NCBI GenBank assembly: GCA_012295275.1
Contig: CM022669.1
Span: forward strand, 3,968,001-4,032,000
DNA from: Chrysomallon squamiferum
Lineage: Eukaryota; Animalia; Mollusca
Direction: 5' to 3'
Length of the DNA stretch: 64,000 nt
This document shows positions 60,601 through 64,000 of the stretch, piece by piece. The position numbers and the translations under genes are program-made. The notes beneath the pieces are model-generated. The model had not been told where the DNA came from. It searched no databases and worked only from the letters and a program-made list of their open reading frames with translations. Position 1 is the stretch's first letter; each line of letters begins with the position of its first letter.

Positions 60601-63600
60601 GACAAATGTGTATTTTTATATTAAGGTTTTGCTGGTGTAAGCGGAATGACTGGACTGCAGGGTGCTGCTGGTGTTACTGGACAGTCCGGAGCTGCAGGAG
60701 CTAAAGGAGCTAGAGGCGCATTGGGTGTTACAGGTTTGTTTTAGCATTTTTGAAAGTCAGGACTACGCTATTATTGTTACCCACTAATTGATCTGCTTTA
60801 AGTATTGTTTTGTAGTACAAGTTTATTATTAGCGCATATTGATATCTTTTCATGTTTACATTATCTGAAATGTGCGAATATTAACTGTTTTAATTATGAA
60901 GATAATTTGATGTCATCGATTAGGTGAATGAATAGCAACTGTCCATTTCAATAGTTTTTATTTATTTACTACTTGTATCTATCAGTATAGTTTTAATGCA
61001 GAAGAAAAATGAATTTTCATTTCTCCGTCTATAAAGATAAGCTGTTTGCTCAATATAATACTGTTCACTTGTCACTATTCTGTAGGATGAAACGTTCGGA
61101 AATTACTGAAATTCTATTATTTGAGACGATGCTCAAACTAAATCACGTCTTTCAGGAATGACTGGTGTGTCTGGATTAACTGGCAGCCAGGGAGCGGCTG
61201 GTGTCGCTGGGTTGACTGGAATGTCTGGTGCTTCAGGAAATGCAGGTCCTAGTGGAGCTACAGGTGTCTCGGGTATCCCAGGTCTGCATGGATTCACAGG
61301 ATCTACAGGAGCCAGTGGCGCAGTTGGATCTCAGGGCGTAACTGGTGCTCAAGGTTAGTGATCTTCATGAATGAACCTTTTAAACGTTATACAATTATAG
61401 ACGTTTATATGAGTTGATGCACAAGAAAAATAATAATATGGCGTTTTCATTCCTATTTTCATCTGTATTTCAGGCCCAGCAGGTATAACAGGATCGCCAG
61501 GAATAACAGGTATCTCGGGCTCATCCGGAGTCCCAGGATTACACGGAATAACAGGGCTTACGGGTGTTCCTGGTGCGATTGGTAAAACAGGACCTATAGG
61601 AGTACAGGGATTCCCTGGCTTTACTGGTGTGACTGGTATACCAGGTAGCAAAGGAGACGTAGGCTCTAAGGGAGCAGCAGGTCGTGATGGTATAACTGGT
61701 TCTACAGGACTACCTGGTAGTATAGGTATACAATTTGTTAAATTCCCCAGTTGTTATGCGTTAGTACATTAATGCATTGCATTCATTCAGTAGATTCGTC
61801 TCCCAAATGAACTGAAGATATATAAAACAAAACAAAAATCATTGTCTATTAAAATGAAGTTACCAAAATAAAACAATTTACACAGAATTCAGATAAGACA
61901 ATTCTAATATTAGTTGTGGGTACTTTTGTATTATTCCAAATGTATATTCGCTAATTCGTTCTTTCACAAAATATTTTGTTTGTCATTGCAGGATCTCCTG
62001 GTTTTATTGGCATGACAGGCATAACAGGGGTCACAGGCCCGGCTGGAGCTGAAGGAATAACTGGAAGGACTGGATCGGGGGGACAGCCTGGTGTGTCTGG
62101 AGCTACAGGGTTTGTAGGATTAACTGGCAGGAGTGGTGTAACTGGGTTACCAGGAGCTACTGGTGCCCTTGGTTTCAAAGGTCAAAAAGGAATTGCGGGA
62201 TCTCCAGGCTCTACAGGTGTTACAGGCGTTCACGGTTCTAAAGGAGCCGCAGGTGTGTATAATTGAAGAGAGAGAGAATGAGCCTTGATACAGCCACTTA
62301 CATTTTAACCAGTTCCATCCGTCTCCAAATGTGCAAAGTACCTACGACTCAATGATTTAGACAACGTTATGTACCTTCATGACCTAGATAAACTTAACTT
62401 GCTTCGTTTAGATAAAAGCAATATCTGGGGATGCCTTCAGCACATTCCTTTTCTTTTTCTCTTTTCTTAGAAAATATGCTTGTAACCTATTAAGGACATT
62501 CATTCACAGTTCAAATAACGGGCATTCTTAGTAACACAATAGTGACTGTAATCGTTTTTTGTTTTATTACAGGAATCACGGGAATGTCTGGTCTCGGTGG
62601 TTTAACAGGAATGTCGGGTGCCACAGGACTAGCTGGTGCTAAAGGAGAGCCCGGTGCTACAGGACTAGCAGGAAGGACTGGTTTACAAGGACTTGGAGGC
62701 GTTGCTGGGCTTGCGGGTCACACTGGTATGACAGGACATTCAGGTCACACAGGAATAACTGGAGCAAAGGGATTATCTGGACAAACGGGTGCTACAGGTA
62801 TTCAAGGTCCCGCAGGAGTTACTGGCCTTTCTGGATTGCATGGGGATGCTGGTATTACTGGACTGACTGGTCAGGCTGGATTTCCTGGTCTGACTGGTTC
62901 TATAGGAGCAAAGGGATCGCCAGGAGCTGCTGGAATTTCAGGCAAAACGGGATTTTCTGGACACACTGGCCATACTGGTGTTACTGGACCCCCAGGACTT
63001 ACGGGACAAAAAGGTATTCTATCTTATGTATGTCTATACATATGTACTATCATTTCTTTTTCAAATCCGTTATTGCTATTCATATTGCTATTATTGTTGT
63101 AAGGAAGGTATTTAAGTTAAATATTATTTGCAGGAGAAGCAGGTGTTACGGGATTTTCGGGAATGACAGGACCTCAAGGTGGTTTTGGTCAAACTGGACT
63201 ACAGGGAGTTTCCGGATTAACTGGTTCTGCAGGCATACCTGGACGAAAGGGATCCGCTGGTGCTACAGGTTTCACAGGAATGACTGGCATACCTGGATCC
63301 ACAGGTATACAGTATATTATCATCTGAATTTTTAAAATATTTATGTACAGTGCTATTTTCCATAGTATAATTATTTCTGATACAGTAGACATTTTTATAA
63401 CTTTCTCACTATGAAGTCTTTAATCATCCAGTAATAATGTACAGATATATTCATACTGTTTTATATATGTCAATTCATCTGATGATTTTTATTAATTACA
63501 AATGTTTTGTAATACTTACATAGGTCCAGCTGGGTTAAGCGGTCTGGATGGTCCAGCAGGGTTAACAGGCACTACAGGACTTCAAGGTGTAGCTGGAAGA

Positions 63601-64000
63601 ATAGGCCCACATGGACAAACAGGCGTGTCAGGAACTACTGGAATAACTGGTATTACAGGCGCCAAGGGAGAGAAAGGAAATGTCGGCAGTCCTGGTGTTA
63701 AAGGTTCTGTAGGAGCCGCTGGAATTACTGGCATGACCGGTACAACAGGACAAGCCGGTTCTCTTGGTTTACCAGGGTTGACCGGAATGTCTGGCATGAC
63801 TGGTCCTAGAGGATTTAAAGGAGACAGGGGCTTAAGTGGTCTTTCAGGTTTGGTTGGTTTAACTGGAGCGACTGGAATTCAAGGAAACGATGGTGCGGCT
63901 GGAATAACTGGGTTCACTGGATTTACTGGAGTCGGTTTACATGGAATGACGGGCCTTTCTGGCATTCCTGGTAGACCTGGACACACTGGAATGACGGGCC
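52923..64000 (+). CDS. Long Thr/Ser-rich collagen-like protein with signal peptide and N-terminal beta-rich domain (3' end outside window; one 1-nt frameshift at ~56691)
   Basis: Non-collagen exons: 52923-53019 (signal peptide), 53425-53714, 54021-54243. Gly-X-Y exons: 54781-55149, 55540-55692, 55799-55960, 56359-56466, 56651-57072, 57332-57748, 57982-58221, 58451-58621, 59052-59204, 59520-59726, 60184-60336, 60626-60733, 61156-61353, 61474-61725, 61992-62252, 62573-63013, 63134-63304, 63524->64000. All are phase 1 and nearly all are multiples of 9 nt. Probable UTR exon donor at 52381. Confidence 0.9.

Noticed and set aside
54703-63797. Minus-strand Pro-X-X ORFs and shifted-frame Trp/Arg-rich ORFs over the collagen
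   Set aside because: Antisense or alternate-frame shadows of GGN-periodic collagen exons.
54781-64000. Bacterial origin or contamination (BclA-like GXT repeats), or a CRISPR-like array
   Set aside because: Spliceosomal introns throughout and a metazoan gene neighbourhood; no repeat-spacer structure anywhere in the window.

Overview
AT-rich, microsatellite-rich, intron-containing animal DNA (lophotrochozoan-like; taxon is an inference). Positions 1-~20984 and ~23433-~44480 are two near-identical copies of one block separated by a 200-N gap (20985-21184), most likely two uncollapsed haplotypes. Each copy carries CTC1 (minus, 20 coding exons, ~1119 aa, apparently lacking the N-terminal OB fold), a catalytically dead Egalitarian/EXD1-type 3'-5' exonuclease-domain gene (minus, 6 coding exons, 255 aa) and NUDT2 (plus, 2 exons; copy 2 frameshifted by a 5-nt deletion). 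Downstream are a small 3-exon orphan gene (minus) and a type-I membrane protein with EGF repeats (plus, ~387 aa). Last is a very long, Pro-poor, Gly-X-Thr/Ser-rich collagen-like gene (plus, ~495 triplets seen, running off the window). The membrane protein and the collagen share an unnamed ~165-aa N-terminal beta-rich domain with identical intron position and phases, suggesting a paralogous pair with and without a collagen stalk. All exon models were assembled by hand from splice sites and frame continuity; homolog sequences are recalled, not searched.
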